Of a stretch of DNA of 64,000 nt, positions 24,777 through 38,840 are shown piece after piece. The position numbers and the translations under genes were made by a program. Below the pieces are notes generated by a model, which saw nothing but the letters and a program-made list of their open reading frames with translations, searched no databases and was not told the origin of the DNA. This stretch comes from Octopus vulgaris. Its lineage: Eukaryota. Location: positions 67,394,001 to 67,458,000 of the forward strand of contig OX597816.1 in NCBI GenBank assembly GCA_951406725.2, given 5' to 3'. Position 1 is the first letter of the stretch. Every line of letters starts with the position of its first letter.

Positions 24777-26871
24777 TTAAAAGCAGTTATGAGCAGACTG
24801 TGGTCAGCAGAACTTTCTGACTGGCAGACCAGCAAAAAAATTTCTTTGAATGTTTTTTAGTAGTGCACAGCTTGCCTGATGATGAGCCATATCTCATGCA
24901 ATCTGCTTCTTGAAAAAGGATGCCCATGCCTGGCTGAAAGAAGTACAGGTTACTGGTTGTTATTCCTTGTAACCGTCTCTGCTATAGATACAAATTTCAC
25001 ATCAGCAAGTGAGGGAGGTTTTTGTGTGGTCATGCAACTTTGTTGAATATTTGAAAGTTGCCAAATCTTCCAGAAAATATTGCAAAAAAAAAAAAAAAAA
25101 AGAATAATATAGTCCTGGATATACTATGAAGGGGAGAAAAAGAAAATCTCTGAAAACTGGATGTTTGTAGCTGAAACGTCTGATTATAGGTCTGGCAAAT
25201 AAGAACTGCTCTGATGATGAGAGAGAGGGAGAGAACAGTAGATGAGTGATAGAGTGAATGATAAGTATGAAAGAATGAGTGAGCAAGAGAGTAAAAATGA
25301 ATAGGTGAGAGAGAGAATGAGAGAAAATGCAAGACAGCAAGAATATAAATATAAATGCCAGTTGATGTGGAACCATATGAGAAAATAAAAGGATTGAAAA
25401 TGTAAAGGCAGAGTTTTAAGAAGTCAACAAGGATTGGCTGTCATTATCAACACCAAATTCATTTCCTCTGTCTATAATGCTATTTGTTGGTACTCTGCTG
25501 TGAGTGACACTGCATAAAAATTAAATTGTTAAATACAGAATGACGGTCAAAGATCATTCATATTCCCTGTTATCAAAATTGTTTAAGAAAGATTACAAAG
25601 TATAGATAATGAGGCTTTGTTAGGCTTGATAAATGGAACATTGAAATTCTGGTATATGTTAACATATAAAATATACTGAGACTTTTCCTCGGGTTGTTTG
25701 ATTGGCAAAATCATTAGCACTTTAGGAAATTTACCAAATTTGTTCTGAGTGCAAATCCTGCCATGATCAACTCTGTCTTTCTTTCTTTCTTCCTTCTCTC
25801 TCTCTCTCTCTCTGAGAGGCACAAGCAGCTATATGCACATATACACACACAGCAGTAACTTCCACCTACCAAATTCAATCACAAAACTTCGGTCAGCCCG
25901 GGGCTATAGCAGAAGACACTTGCCCAAAGTGCCACGCGGTGGGACTGAACCCGAAGCCATGTAGCTAGGAAGGAAGCTCCCTAACCACACAGCCATGTCT
26001 GCGCCTACAAAAATGTATGTACATATGCGCAGCGCTATACGTGTGGCAAGCTTTCTACGGCTGGATGCCCTTCATGACGCCAACCCCCACCTGTTGCCAA
26101 GCGAGGTAGTTCCCCACCCCCTCTCTCTCTCTCTCTCTCTCGGAGACAATAAAAGTACTAACCAAGAACTGGGATTAATTTAATCAACTGTTGATGTAAT
26201 AGTTACAGCAGGGTACAGGAGAGTTCAAATCTCTGCCTAACCATGAGTTTCCAACAACAAGTATGGTAACACACCAGTTGGATAATACAAACATCATGTC
26301 GATATTATCCTTCTGTAACAGTATATATTGTTGCCAACAGAACATATATACACATACATGAATACATTCAATCACTCACACACTCTAAAATAACACTCCA
26401 TTAAAAGAAATAGCATGAACGGGGGAAAAAAGGAAAGGGAACCTTCCTAATATAACTGATCATTATAAAATGAGTCAGAATTTTTTAAAGGCAGAAGTAT
26501 GTGTGTGGTTAAGAAGCTTGCTTTCCAACTACATGGTTATGGTTTCAGTCTTACTGTATGACACTATGGGCAAGTGCCTCCTATTATAGTCTTGGGCCGA
26601 TCAAAGCCTTATGAGTGGATTTAGTAAACAGAAACTAAAAGAAGCCCACCATATATATCATCATACATCCATTTTATGATGATGATAAATGTGTATATAT
26701 ATGTCTCTGTGTTGACATAGCATGGTAATTATAAATGAGTGTCAATGTTATACAAGCAATGTCATTTCCAATCTTCTGTGAAAACATGTCTGGCCACGTG
26801 GGGATATTAGCTTTCTTAAGAACTAGCAAGGGCTAGCAACAAAACAGGATTCCAGCCATAGAAAATCTACC

Positions 26872-27743
26872 TTAAATTCAGCAGCTGCCACTTTCTTGGA
26901 ATGTGAAGAAAACGGTGAGGCCTCGAAATGATTGGTCACCTTTTTCGCTTTATTTGCATTCTTGCAGTGTTTTTCTGTCTGCTCATGTCGTAAAATTTGG
27001 CTCAAACTACCAGCAATTTCACACTTGCATAATATGCATTTGCCTTCAGCTGTATCATTCTTGCCTCACTCCAACCAACTAGAAAATTTTTCATCGCACA
27101 ACAATTTTAGCAGAAGTTTCCTTTCATACGATGCCCATCTAGCTGCCTTCTTATCTGGTGCTTCACGTTCATTATCTGAGGAATGTTCTGTTTTCTAAGT
27201 TCTATCACTCATATCTTGCTCCAGTTATAGTTCTGTAAGATTTATTTGAATTAATCAAATTATTAAATACATTACATACCGTTTAAAATCCGGGTTAAGA
27301 AATCTTTTTTGTGTTCAGGCTGTTCAGACTGATACAGTGGGATTGTATAAATAAGTACTGTAAAACTGAGTCTAATTTATCAAACTTTTAAAAAACACAA
27401 TCATGTACCTTCAGTCTGTGAAAAAACTTCTTGTATTATGACAGCTATGGTGTGATAAACAGGACGTATATGCGGTCACCCAAAATTACAGATGCCCTTA
27501 ACCTCATTAGTCAACGCGTGCATGCATGCAGACACGTTTGCGAAAGCAGACCAGACGTACTTTTATTAAGCTCACAAACACGCATATGTGAAAAATCAAT
27601 CAATCAATGTGTCAAAGCCTGAATTTTAAAAACCAATAGCAAGATCACTAAAACGTACAGCAAATTCACCTGAATGTACAGCACATCAAAATTTTGGCCA
27701 AAAAGTACAGTTCTGTACAAATGTACAGTCATTGGCAGCACTG
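26872..27743 (-). mobile_element. hAT (Blackjack-like) transposon left end with pseudogenised N-terminal zinc finger
   Basis: Terminus CAGTGCTGCCAA at 27743 and repeated TGTACA subterminal motifs. ATG at 27212 reads ..FSSWLE*..KCILCKCEIAGSLSQILRHEQTEKH..KKVAAAEFK with in-frame stops. Confidence 0.7.
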
Positions 27744-28223
27744 GTACTCCTCTGACAAACCTTGATTCTGCTCCAAAAAATATTAGGGGCAAACATTTTA
27801 ATGCAAGTATGGGAGGCAACTCAAGATATGTTTTGGTACCATTAGACCTCATCAGTTGTAACTTTAATAAGGAAATCATTAAAGGCAATTACAGAATTGC
27901 TAACTGAGTAGGAGTCAAAAAAATTGGCATATTTAGAAAATCAAAACATTGAAGTTAATTACTTACAGATGCCCTCTACATTAGTATGACCACACGCAAA
28001 TATAACAATTAAGTTGTAATAAATATAATTGAAGTAGGACTGTAAAATGTATGAGACAGAATGTAATTACAAGAAGGGTTTAAAGTTGCCAATATTCCAG
28101 TTGGGAAAAGCTAATTCTATTTGCATAATTAATTTAGAGTGGCTAGCAGACAGGGTTTACTTAAATTTTAGATTTAATTCAAGTAACATTGATAGGAATT
28201 TTAATATTATATGACTATTTTAT

Positions 28224-28499
28224 TGTTGTGTCTGGGGAGAGTCATTTTCGTTTTGTGCCTTATTATGTAACACACTCACCAGTAGAATTTCCACTTTTTC
28301 CACTCTAGAGTCAAGTCTATTGAAAAAGTTGCAAGATGCAACAAAAATTTTAGGACAATAAAAATAAGAAAAAGGTGGAAATTTCACTGGTGAGTGTGTT
28401 AAATTATAAGGCACAAAAAGAAAATGACTCTCCCCAGACACAAGAGAATATGCTTCAACATACAAACTCATATAAAGAATCTTGCAAACCAAAAACAAA
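28224..28499. mobile_element. Fold-back insert with 15-bp target-site duplication
   Basis: atatgactattttat at 28209-28223 and 28500-28514; internal ~75-bp inverted arms at 28226-28298 and 28369-28443; related sequence near 1552-1640. Confidence 0.75.
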
Positions 28500-28529
28500 A
28501 TATGACTATTTTATAAATATATATATATG

Positions 28530-28895
28530 ACTGTTTGATTAAGAAGTTTGCTTTCCAGTCATGTGACTTCAGGTTCAGCCTTACTGCAAGATGGGCAAGC
28601 GTCTTCTCTAGTCTCAGGCCAACCAAAGCTTTCTGAGTGGATTTGATAGATGGGAACTGAAACAAGGCCATCATGTGTATATGTATGTGTGTGATCTTGT
28701 TTTGACATCATGTGACAGTTGTAAATGGGCATCATTGTCATTAGTTTCCAGTGTTGTGTGAAAATTGATCTAGCCATGAGGAAATATAATCTTACTTGGG
28801 AACAGGTGAGGGTAAATAACAAGAAAGGCATAGAAAAATCTGCCCCCAATGAACTCTGTCCAACTCATACAAACATGGATGAAGTGGATGCTAAA
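28530..28895 (+). mobile_element. Older SINE with family-A-like tRNA head and RTE-like tail
   Basis: Head matches family A; 3' part resembles the RTE terminal motif. Similar copies near 26497-26870 and 36855-37118. Confidence 0.55.
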
Positions 28896-30621
28896 ATTAT
28901 ATATATGTGTACACATACACAGACTAAATATCAGAGATTATAAGCACCACTTTCAGACAAACGAGAAACAAGCTCACTGATAGAATTAACAGTGTAACTT
29001 GCTCAGTGTTTGTTTTAGCTGTCTACATTACAGAACAACTTCTCCATTTTCTCAAAGTACTAAGAGCTGTTTTTGCTATGGTGGCTACTATTTAATCTCC
29101 CACTGTTCATTATTTTAATATTCCATTTTATAACATTTATTTATAGAATATACTGTTAATAGCAGACAAACTAAAACTTTTACTGGTTTCAATCACTGGA
29201 TTGTAGCCAAGCTGAGTCACCACCTTGAAGGGTTAGTAAGAAAGATCAACCCCATCACTTATTTTCAAGCCTGGTATTTATTCTGTCAGTCTCTTTTGAT
29301 GAGAATGCTAAGGGGTTGTAAACAAACACCAGGTCAAGTGATGATGGAGAATAAACAAACACAAAGACACACACATATACACACACACATGGGCTTCTTT
29401 CAGTTTCCATCTACCAAATTCACTTACAACACATTGGTTGGCCTGGGGCCATAGAAGATATAATTCATTGGATGATTACAAACTGACAATAAGCACACAC
29501 ACACAATCATTTGTAACTTAATAATAGGTGAGGTCTTTCTAAGAAAATTAAATCACTGAGCAAATAGATTGAGCACTTCCTTGATCCACCGAAGGAATGC
29601 CCCTATGCAGTTGGTAGGTAGAAATAGCAACCAAATCTCCCTCTAATCACATCCTATCTAAATAAAAAAAAAAGACATTACACAATCTGGTCCTAGATAT
29701 ACAATGTGAAGAAGACAGGATGCCGATTCCTTGGGTTAAACAACATTGGATGCAACCAGAGTTGAATAATTAAGAGAAAAACTAAAAAAAAAATAGTTGC
29801 CACAGTTGTTGGAAGACAGAGTTGATTTGATGTTTGTGTCATAAAAGATCTAGAAAAGAGTTAAAATAATAACATAACATGTGGCTATAACACCTCAGGA
29901 AGTAATCAGTGAGATAGCTCTAATAGTGAATAGATAATTTTTGAACAATCAATTGTTTCAGGGAGAGGAATATCAATTGAATTGATCCCAGTTTATGACA
30001 AAAATTATCTCTTGTTAGTCATTACAGCCCTATTTTTATTTTCTGTTTCCTTTGGAGGAGCAAATGTTTACTATTCAGATTTCTCTATCAAAATGTCATG
30101 CTTATTTGTATTGTTTTTGAACTATCATCCATTATCTTGTAGCTTCAAGATTTCAATGATGTGGCTGTATGTATTTAGAATGAAATTGTAGGCGTGAGAA
30201 GCTGGATCTGGCTGGTTTGAGCATAAAACAAATAGAATATTTGGACCAGTTATGGCTGGTTTAAATATACTAAACTTTGATATCTACAGTAAGAACATAG
30301 TAGGTGGTAGTCAGTAATACAGTTAATGGAGGCAAGAGAGGAAGAGCCACCCCCAAGGAAATTCTTTTATAAGGGCAGCACTTTTGGGTTTGCTGTATGA
30401 GCCCCCTTAGGCTTATAGCCTACAGAGGCAAACTCAAATGTTGCATGCTCCATAGCTATGCCAAAATTGGTTGTGCCTGTTTGTGCTCAATGTGTTCAGT
30501 TTGACCACATCAACAATAGAACATTTAAGAAAGAGATTATGATATCTTTGCTTTTGAAACATTCCTCCACTGGTGTTATGTGACCTGAAAGTTGACCACC
30601 TTCAAGACATCATAATATTGA

Positions 30622-31000
30622 TCATCATCATCGTTTAACATCCGCTTTCCATGCTAGCATGGGTTGGACGAATGACTGAGGGCTGGCGAACCAGATGGCT
30701 GCACCAGGCTTCAATCTTGATCTGGCAGAGTTTCTACAGCTGGATGCCCTTCCTAACGCCAACCACTTCGAGAGTGTAGTGGGTGCTTTTATGTGCCACC
30801 AGCACAAGGGCCAGTCAGGCAGTACTGGCAACAACCTTGCTCGAATCTTTTACACATGCCACCGGCACAGGTGCCAGTAAGGCGATGCTGGTAACGCTCA
30901 CGCTCAAATGGTGTCTTTTACATGCCACTGGCACGGAGGCCAGAAAGCCGCTCTGGCAACGATCATGCTTGGATGGTGCTCTTAATACTCTACTAGCACG
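30622..31000 (-). mobile_element. RTE LINE 3' UTR
   Basis: Reverse-complement tail match. Confidence 0.85.
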
Positions 31001-31509
31001 GGGGGGAACATTATTGTAGACACATTACATTCAGACAGCAAGATATGATTAGAGAGAGATTTAGCTGCTGTTTCTATCAAGCGACTACAGAGGAGTCTTC
31101 TCTCATTGGTTCAAGAATGTATTAATGTGCTCAATCTCTTTGCCCAGTGATTTAATTAGGCTGCAAACTGGCTGAATCTTTAGAACGAGAGAGAAAAATA
31201 CCTTTTGTTATTTTTGTTTCAGTTGTCTGTATTTGGAATTCAAATGTTTTTCATCCATTCGTTATAGTTTTAAGATACACTTTTCCATGTTTGCAGAGAT
31301 CAAGCAAAATTTATTGAGTTGGATTTTCTATGGTCAAATACCCTTCCTACAGCCAACCCTCACCTGTTCTCATGGAAGTCTGAAACAAAGGACACTGCTT
31401 CAATGATGGAGACACTCACAACTATCACACAATGTCAAGGTAAGGAGACAATTACACACACACCATTCTCTCAAAGTCACTTAATTCTTATGAAGTCAGC
31501 ACACACATA

Positions 31510-31990
31510 CATCATCATCATCATCGTTTAACGTCCATTTTCCATGCTAGCATGGGTTGGACGGTTCGACCAGGGGAGCCAGAAGGCTGCACTAGGTTCC
31601 AGTCTGATCTGGCAGTGTTTCTACAGCTAGATGCCCTTCCTAACGTCAACCACTCTGTGAGTGTAGTGGGTGCTTTTTACGTGCCACCAGCACAGGGGCC
31701 AGAGGAGGTTGGCAACGGCCACGATCAGTTGGTGCCTTTTACGTGCCAGTCAAGGCAGCGCTGACATCAGCCATGTGCTTATGGTGCTTTTTACATGCCA
31801 CTGGCATGGGTATGACACTACAATTTCCATTTAATTTTTATTTTGATGTTGATGTACTTGACTCAATAGGTCTCCTCAAGCACAGCAGGTCGCCCTACAA
31901 TCCTAGGTAAGCACAGCAGGTCGCCCTACGATCCAAGGTAAGCACAGCAGGCCGTAGTGTGAGCCATGAACTTACTTCATTGGTCAGGTC
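31510..31990 (-). mobile_element. RTE LINE 3' UTR
   Basis: Reverse-complement tail match with an internal tandem aagcacagcaggtcgccctac repeat. Confidence 0.8.
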
Positions 31991-34320
31991 TTCATGTCAG
32001 GCTTTCCCATAGTTTCTGTTTACCAAATACACTTACAAGGTATTTGATAAACCTGAATCTATAGAAGAGACACTTATTCAAGGTGCCACACAACAGGACT
32101 GAACCTGAAACCATCTGGTTGGGAAGCAAACTCCTTACCCAACAACCATGTGTAATAACAAATAAAGTAACAATCCTGGGTGAAGGATCAGTAGAATTCT
32201 TAGAGCATCAGATGAGATTTGTGCTGACATTTTGTGTTCTGAGTCCTTAATCCATTGTCTAGTTTAATACTACTACTTGGCGCTGGAGTGTTTTTAGTGG
32301 AGTTCACTCTGCTGCGGGTCTCTGAGGCCAGGTCTTTAGCTTGAGACTAATACATTACCTTTCCCCCACTGATCTTAAAGGTCCTGAAAATAAAGTGTCA
32401 TGAGTACAGCTCTCCCCTTCCTGACTAAGAGGTAAAATTAAATTAAAAATTTTTAATAACCAATTACAATTGGAATTTGAATTTAAATCAGCAGCAGACC
32501 TATACTCTAGTACAGGCACAGACAAACCTTTTTTTAGCAGCACACTGCAGGAGATGTGACCTATCATCAGGCAGACCACGCTACTAAAAATAACACAAAG
32601 TAATTTTACATTAGGCGTGTCATTCAGAAAGTCCTGCAAACTGCAGCTTGCTCATGACTGTTCTAGAATGGTGAAAGGAAAACAGAGAAGTTAAAACAGA
32701 GGGCAATGAAGCCAAAAGTGATTTTATATTTTTATTCTGTTAATTCATTTATATTCTATTTTCTATATTTGTTTGTATTCTATTAAAACAAAAAAACAAC
32801 TCTACAAAAGCATCTTAACCCTTTAGCATTTAATCCAGCCATATCCGCCCCAAGTATTATGCTTGTTTTATAATTAAAACTAATCATATCCAACATCTCA
32901 CACCTACCCTACAATGTCATTCTAAAAATATACAAACACACAACTGAAACCTTGAAACTACAAAGAGAATGTGATTAATTTAAAACAGACAAAAAAATCC
33001 GAATGCTAAATGCTAGATTTACCCCCAACCTATCCCATTAAACATTTTACTCAATATTTCTTTGTAACTTTTAACTCCACTCAAGATTTCCTTCTAACCA
33101 CTAATCTGCAACAACTGAAAATAAAATTAACAATAAACTTATTCCATCCAGTAATATTGGCTCTGAGCCAAGAAATATCAAGGTGGGGAACCAACAAAAT
33201 GAAAAAAGAAAATAGAAAATACACTGTAAAATATATATGTAAAAAAAAAAAAAAATTAAGGAGTGGGAGGAAAAATTCCCTAAACAGATTCTGAAGTACT
33301 TACAAAAGATAACTAATAAAAATTTCAATTAAAAAACATTTAATTGTCTTAAAATGGAGAGCATGTATTATCATACTTAAAAAGCAACACATTTATATAG
33401 ACACAGACTAATAAAGAAGTCATCAATAAATAATCTGCTTCATATATAAATATTGCTCTCTCTCTCTCTCTCACTCACACATACACAAATAACTGATATT
33501 TTTGTAAGGGAAATAAATATACACTGAAAATGGCACAACAACCTAATTTTCAATCCAACATATTTAAACAGTCGGCAAATGTCAAAGGTCATGAGAGAAT
33601 AGAGAAAAGAATTTTTAAATGCAAAACAATTTCCAAAGCTGAGAAGATATATGACAGAAGTGGCAGAGGAATAAATAACAGAAGCAAAACAATAACGACG
33701 AGGGTAAATAATTAGTGAAATCACACACACTATATATGTGTGTGTGTGTGTGTGTGTACGCGTGCTTGTACATACACATAAGTATACATATGTACACACC
33801 CACTCATATATATAGAGAGAGAGCAATGACACTACTAGAACGTGGGTAGATAACTCAATATCATGTGACTGCAAAAAAGTAAAAACAAAACTAACAAACA
33901 AAAACTACAACTTCCATTTCTAAACTGAAAGAGAAGAAAAGAGAGGAGTCGGCATTAGTAGATCCATAAGAAAAGAGAAGCCAGTGACATCAGATATATT
34001 TTTGTTTCTTTGAGAAGTTGAGTTCAATTGAGTTCTATATAAATCATAACAAATGCTTTGAAGTACTGTAAAAATTACATTACGAGCCAAAACGGACTAT
34101 TGGTATAATTATAAGTAAGGAATTCAGATAAAAAAATCTTTCAAGTTCACCTTTTTATGGCTATATTTATAACGAAATACAAAGTCCATATGATTCAATA
34201 AATTTTGATAAAATAATTAACAGTCTGAAAGTAATTAAGTAAAATAGCTAAATTTTTAATTCATTGGGTGGCGATGGTAGTGGATATTTAGCTCCAAGTT
34301 GGCCTTGCTTGAACAATATC

Positions 34321-34540
34321 TATTTCTTTACTACCCACAAGGGGCTAAACACAGAGAGGACAAACAGATTAAGTCAATTACATTGACCCCAGTGTGTAAC
34401 TGGTACTTAATTTATTGACCCCGAAAAGATGAAAGGCAAAGTCGACCTCGGTGGAATTTGAACTCAGAACGTAACAGCAGACAAAATACAGCTACACATT
34501 TCGCCCAGCGTGCTAATGTTTCTGCCAGCTCGCCGCCTTC
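34321..34540 (-). mobile_element. SINE family B
   Basis: Full-length reverse-complement copy. Confidence 0.85.
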
Positions 34541-34624
34541 TCGATCTATGATCAAAGGTGTTGTAATTGCAACCATCACTTATTTTCTTTTTTTCAAGCA
34601 CTAATCTACATTATCTTTTATAGC

Positions 34625-35263
34625 GGACATAATGGAAATTAATATGCACAAGTCAAATTTTGTGACATCACTACATCACATATGAAAAATAACATTGCTT
34701 AAATGGCAGCCATTTTTGGCTTCATACATCCATGCTCTTCCTAAAACTTTTGGTCATTCAAAGTAGACCTCATGGTTCCAGCAAGATGGGGCAACTGTTC
34801 ATACCACACGGGAAACAATGCAGTTGCTATGGCAGTGCTTTGGAGAGAGAATAATCTCCCACTATGGTAATGTCAAACTGGCCTTCACATTCCCCAGACT
34901 TGACTAGTATGGATTTTTTCTAGTGGGGGATACTGGAAAAAGAGGGTTTACGTCAACAAAATCAAGACCCTGGTGCAACTGAAGGAGAACATCAATAGAG
35001 AAATCAGAGAAATGGGGTCTGAAACTCTTGAGGGGTATTATGGTGTAAGTTTTAGAAAAAGCAAAGGGCATGCAAAGCTGAAATTGGCTGCCATTTAAGC
35101 GATGTCATTTTCCATATGTGATGTAATGGTGTCACAAAATTTGACTTGTGCATATTAATTTCCATTATGTCCATTATATTGTATCAAAATTTCATGCATT
35201 TATTTGTAAGGTTAAGGAAGTTATTAAAAATTGAAACCCACCAGTGACTTTTGAAACACCCTG
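34625..35263 (+). mobile_element. Tc1/mariner-superfamily (maT/rosa-like) transposase C-terminal remnant with right TIR
   Basis: WFQQDGATVHTTRETMQLL..FGERIIS / WPSHSPDLTSMDFF*WG with frameshifts; ends aaacaccctg-TA. Confidence 0.85.
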
Positions 35264-35570
35264 TATATACATACAATGGGCTTCTTTCAGTTTCCATCTA
35301 CCAAATCTAATCACAAGGCTTTGGTCAGCCAGGGTTATAGTAGAAGACATATGCTCAAGGTAGAGACTGAACCAAAGACCACATGGTTAGGAAGCAAGTT
35401 TCTCAACCACAAAACCATTCCTGCCCCAATTTATATATAAATAATAATCAGACATATGTTATTTGTTTAACCCACATCACCTTTAACTCTGATGGTTTCA
35501 GCCATGACCATCCCACATTTTAAAGTTTTGTTTCTAGGCCACAGTATATCTAGAACTACAGTACCGAATA

Positions 35571-35934
35571 CTCTTTTACTTGCTTCAGTCATTTGACTGC
35601 GGCCATGCTGGAGCACCGCCTTTAGTTGAGCAAATCGACCCTAGGACTTATTCTTTGTAAGCCTAGTACTTATTCTATCGGTCTATTTTGCCGAACCGCT
35701 AAGTTACGGGGACGTAAACACACCACCATCGGTTGTCAAGCGATATTGGGGGGGGGGGGGACAAACAGACATATATATATATGATGGGCTTCTTTCAGTT
35801 TCCATCTACCAAATCCACTCACAAGGCTTTGGTTGGCCCGAGGCTATAGTAGAAGACACTTTCCACGCAGTGGGACTGAACCCAGAACCATGTGGTTGGT
35901 AAGCGAGCTACTAACCACACAGCCATGCCTGCAC
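35571..35934 (-). mobile_element. SINE family A
   Basis: Near full-length reverse-complement copy. Confidence 0.88.
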
Positions 35935-36254
35935 ACCCTTTTTTACTATAATAGTATGATGAGGGAGATTTAACAATTATTTCTAGCAGGATGATATACC
36001 ACTTAGAGGCTCAATTGTTGGCTTTGCCATATTAAAACTCATACACCAAACAGTCTCAGTCTTACTGTAAAATCTGTTTCATGCAAGCTGTTTCAATAAC
36101 GACAATGAAAACATCCAGTTACTCTGATCAATACCATTCTCATGCCCTGAAAATATTTCACAGTAAATACTATCATCATTGCTTTAATGTCCACTTTAAA
36201 TATGCTTGACGATGATGGGCTTCCACACAGTTTCCATTATCAAATTTCACTATA

Positions 36255-36564
36255 TGCCAGTGGCATGTAAAAAGCACCAACCGATCGTGGCCGTTGCCAG
36301 CCTCGCCTGGCATCTGTCCCGGTGGCACATAAAACGCACCAACCAATTGTGGCCGTTGCCAGCCTCGCCTGGCATCTGTGCCGGTGGCACGTAAAATTCA
36401 CCCACTACACTCAGGGAATGGTTGGCGTTAGGAAGGGCATCCAGCTATAGAAACGCTGCCAGATCAGAATGGAGCCTGGTGCAGCCTCCTGGCTTCCCAG
36501 GCCCCAGTCGAACCGTCCAACCCATGCTAGCATGGAAAGCGGATGTTAAACGATGATGATGATG
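36255..36564 (+). mobile_element. RTE LINE 3' UTR
   Basis: Tail family match. Confidence 0.85.
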
Positions 36565-37467
36565 ACTATCAATGCATTGGTAAACCCAGGGATATGGTAG
36601 TAAAGCCTTTTCTCAAGATGTCATGCACTAAGATCAAACTTGGTGCCACTTAGTTAGGAAATGAAATATTTTAGTGTTTCTTGGTGGAAACCTTCAAGAT
36701 GTTTAAAATTTAAATATCTGCTTATTAACCAGTCCTATTTGTTTTGTTTTTAAATGACTAAACATCAGTTCTTTGGCAAAATGACAGACAGAATTTCTGT
36801 TAGAATACTATGAGGTTAACAAATTTTTTTTTTTTTTTATGTGTGTAAATTATCAGATGGAAACTGAAAGAAGCTTGTTGTGCATGTGCACATCCCCTTG
36901 TTTTGACATTATGATAACTGTAAATGAGTGCCACTGTTATACAAGCAGTGTCATTAATTTCCAATATTCTGTGGAAACTTTACCTTGCTTGGAAGTGGGT
37001 AAGGGTTGGCATTGCTTGGAAATGGGTATCAGTTTGGCAACAGAAAGGGCACCTAGCATAGAAAAATATGCCTCAATAAACTGAACCATGCAAGCATGGA
37101 AAAGTAGATGTTATGATGATAGCTCAACAAGGGAATATGAGGGTGAAAAAAATTGGAATGAATGTGTGTGTGTAGGTAGATGGATAATTAAATGATTCTT
37201 TAAAACTTTGGTCAGAAGGAATACCAACAGAATTGTTAAAAGAATTGCCAACACAGTATAAAGGTGAAACCAAAATGCTTGGTGGCATTTTGTCCATCTT
37301 TGTGCTTTGAGTTCAAATTCCACGAAGGTTGACTTTGCCTTTCATCTTTTTGGGGGTCAATGAAATAAGTACCAGTTGAACTCGGGGGAGGGAGGGGGTC
37401 TGATGTAATCGACTTACTCTCCCGGCTGAAGTTGCTGACCTTGCATCAAGATTTGAAATCAATATAT

Positions 37468-37620
37468 AGGAGTGGCTGTGTGGTAAGAAGCTTGCTACCC
37501 AACCACATGGTTCCGGTTTCGGTCCCACTGTGTGGAACCTTGAACAAGTGTCTTCTTCCACAGCCTCAGGCCAACCAAAGTCTTGTGAGTGGAATTGGTA
37601 GATGGAAACTGAAAGAAGCT

Positions 37621-37671
<51 letters not shown>

Positions 37672-38220
37672 CTTTTAACATCTGCTTTCCATGCTGGCAT
37701 GGGTTGGATGGTTTGACTGACAACTGGCAAGCCAGGAGGCTGCACTAGGCTCCAGTCTGATCTGGCAAGGTTTCTACAGTTGGATGCCCTTCCTAATGCC
37801 AACCACTCGGAGAGTGTAGCGAGTGCTTTTTACATGCCACCAGCAAGGGGGCCAATCAGGTGGTAATGGCATTGACCATGCTCAAATGATGCTTTTTACA
37901 TGCCACCGGCTGGGGTCGATAAATTAAGTACCAGTTGCATGCTGGGGTCAATGAAATCGACTGGCCTCCTCCCCCAAAATTTCAGGCCTTGTGCCTAGAG
38001 TAGAAAAGAATATACATATATATATGTATATGCATGTTTTTCCCTCCACTATCACCTGACAGCTGATGTTGGTGTGTTTACATCCCCGTAACTTAGTTTG
38101 GCAAAGGATACTGATAGAATAAGTACTAGGCTTACAAAGAACAAGTCCTGGAGTCGATTTGTTCAACTTAAGGTAGTGCTCAGCATAGCTGCAGTCAAAT
38201 GACTGAAGCAAGTAAAAGAG
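37468..38220 (+). mobile_element. SINE family A interrupted in its microsatellite by an antisense RTE tail and a SINE B-like fragment
   Basis: Head 37468-37625, tail ~38040-38220, insert ~37675-38010. Confidence 0.75.
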
Positions 38221-38418
38221 CATACATTTCAAGGCAGTGAGCTGGCAGAATCGTTAGCAGCATTTCAGGGCTCAAATTCTGTTGAGGTTGACTTTGCTTT
38301 TCATCCTTTCGGGGTTGATAAATTAAATATCAGATGAGTACTGGGCACTGTAATCGACTTACCCCACCCACCACTAAATTGCTGAAATTTGAAACCAACA
38401 TATGAATATATTTCCTGA

Positions 38419-38806
38419 GAGTGGCTGTGTGGTAAGTAGCTTGCTTACCAACCACATGGCTCTGGGTTCAGTCCCACTGTGTGGCACCTTGGGCAAGTTT
38501 CTTCTGCTATAGCCTCGGGCTGGCCAAAGCCTTGTGAGTGGATTTGGTAAATGGAAACTGAAAGAAGCCGGTCAAATATATATAAATATCATCATCATCA
38601 TCATCGTTTAGCGTCCGTTTTCCATGCTAGCATGGGTTGGACGGTTCAACTGGGGTCTGTGAAGCCAGAAGGCTTCATCAGGCCCAGTCAGATCTGGCAG
38701 TGTTTCTACGGCTGGATGCCCTTCTTAACGCCAACCACTCCGTGAGTGTAGTGGGTGCTTTTTACGTGCCACCCGCACAGGTGCCAGACAGAGCTGGCAA
38801 ACGGCC

Positions 38807-38840
<34 letters not shown>

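Noticed and set aside
26242-26312. Minus-strand AG..GT segment reading KDNIDMMFVL..TILVVGNS, echoing the ARL8 C-terminal KDNID
   Set aside because: Wrong order in the gene, similarity limited to 5 residues, weak polypyrimidine tract; probably chance.
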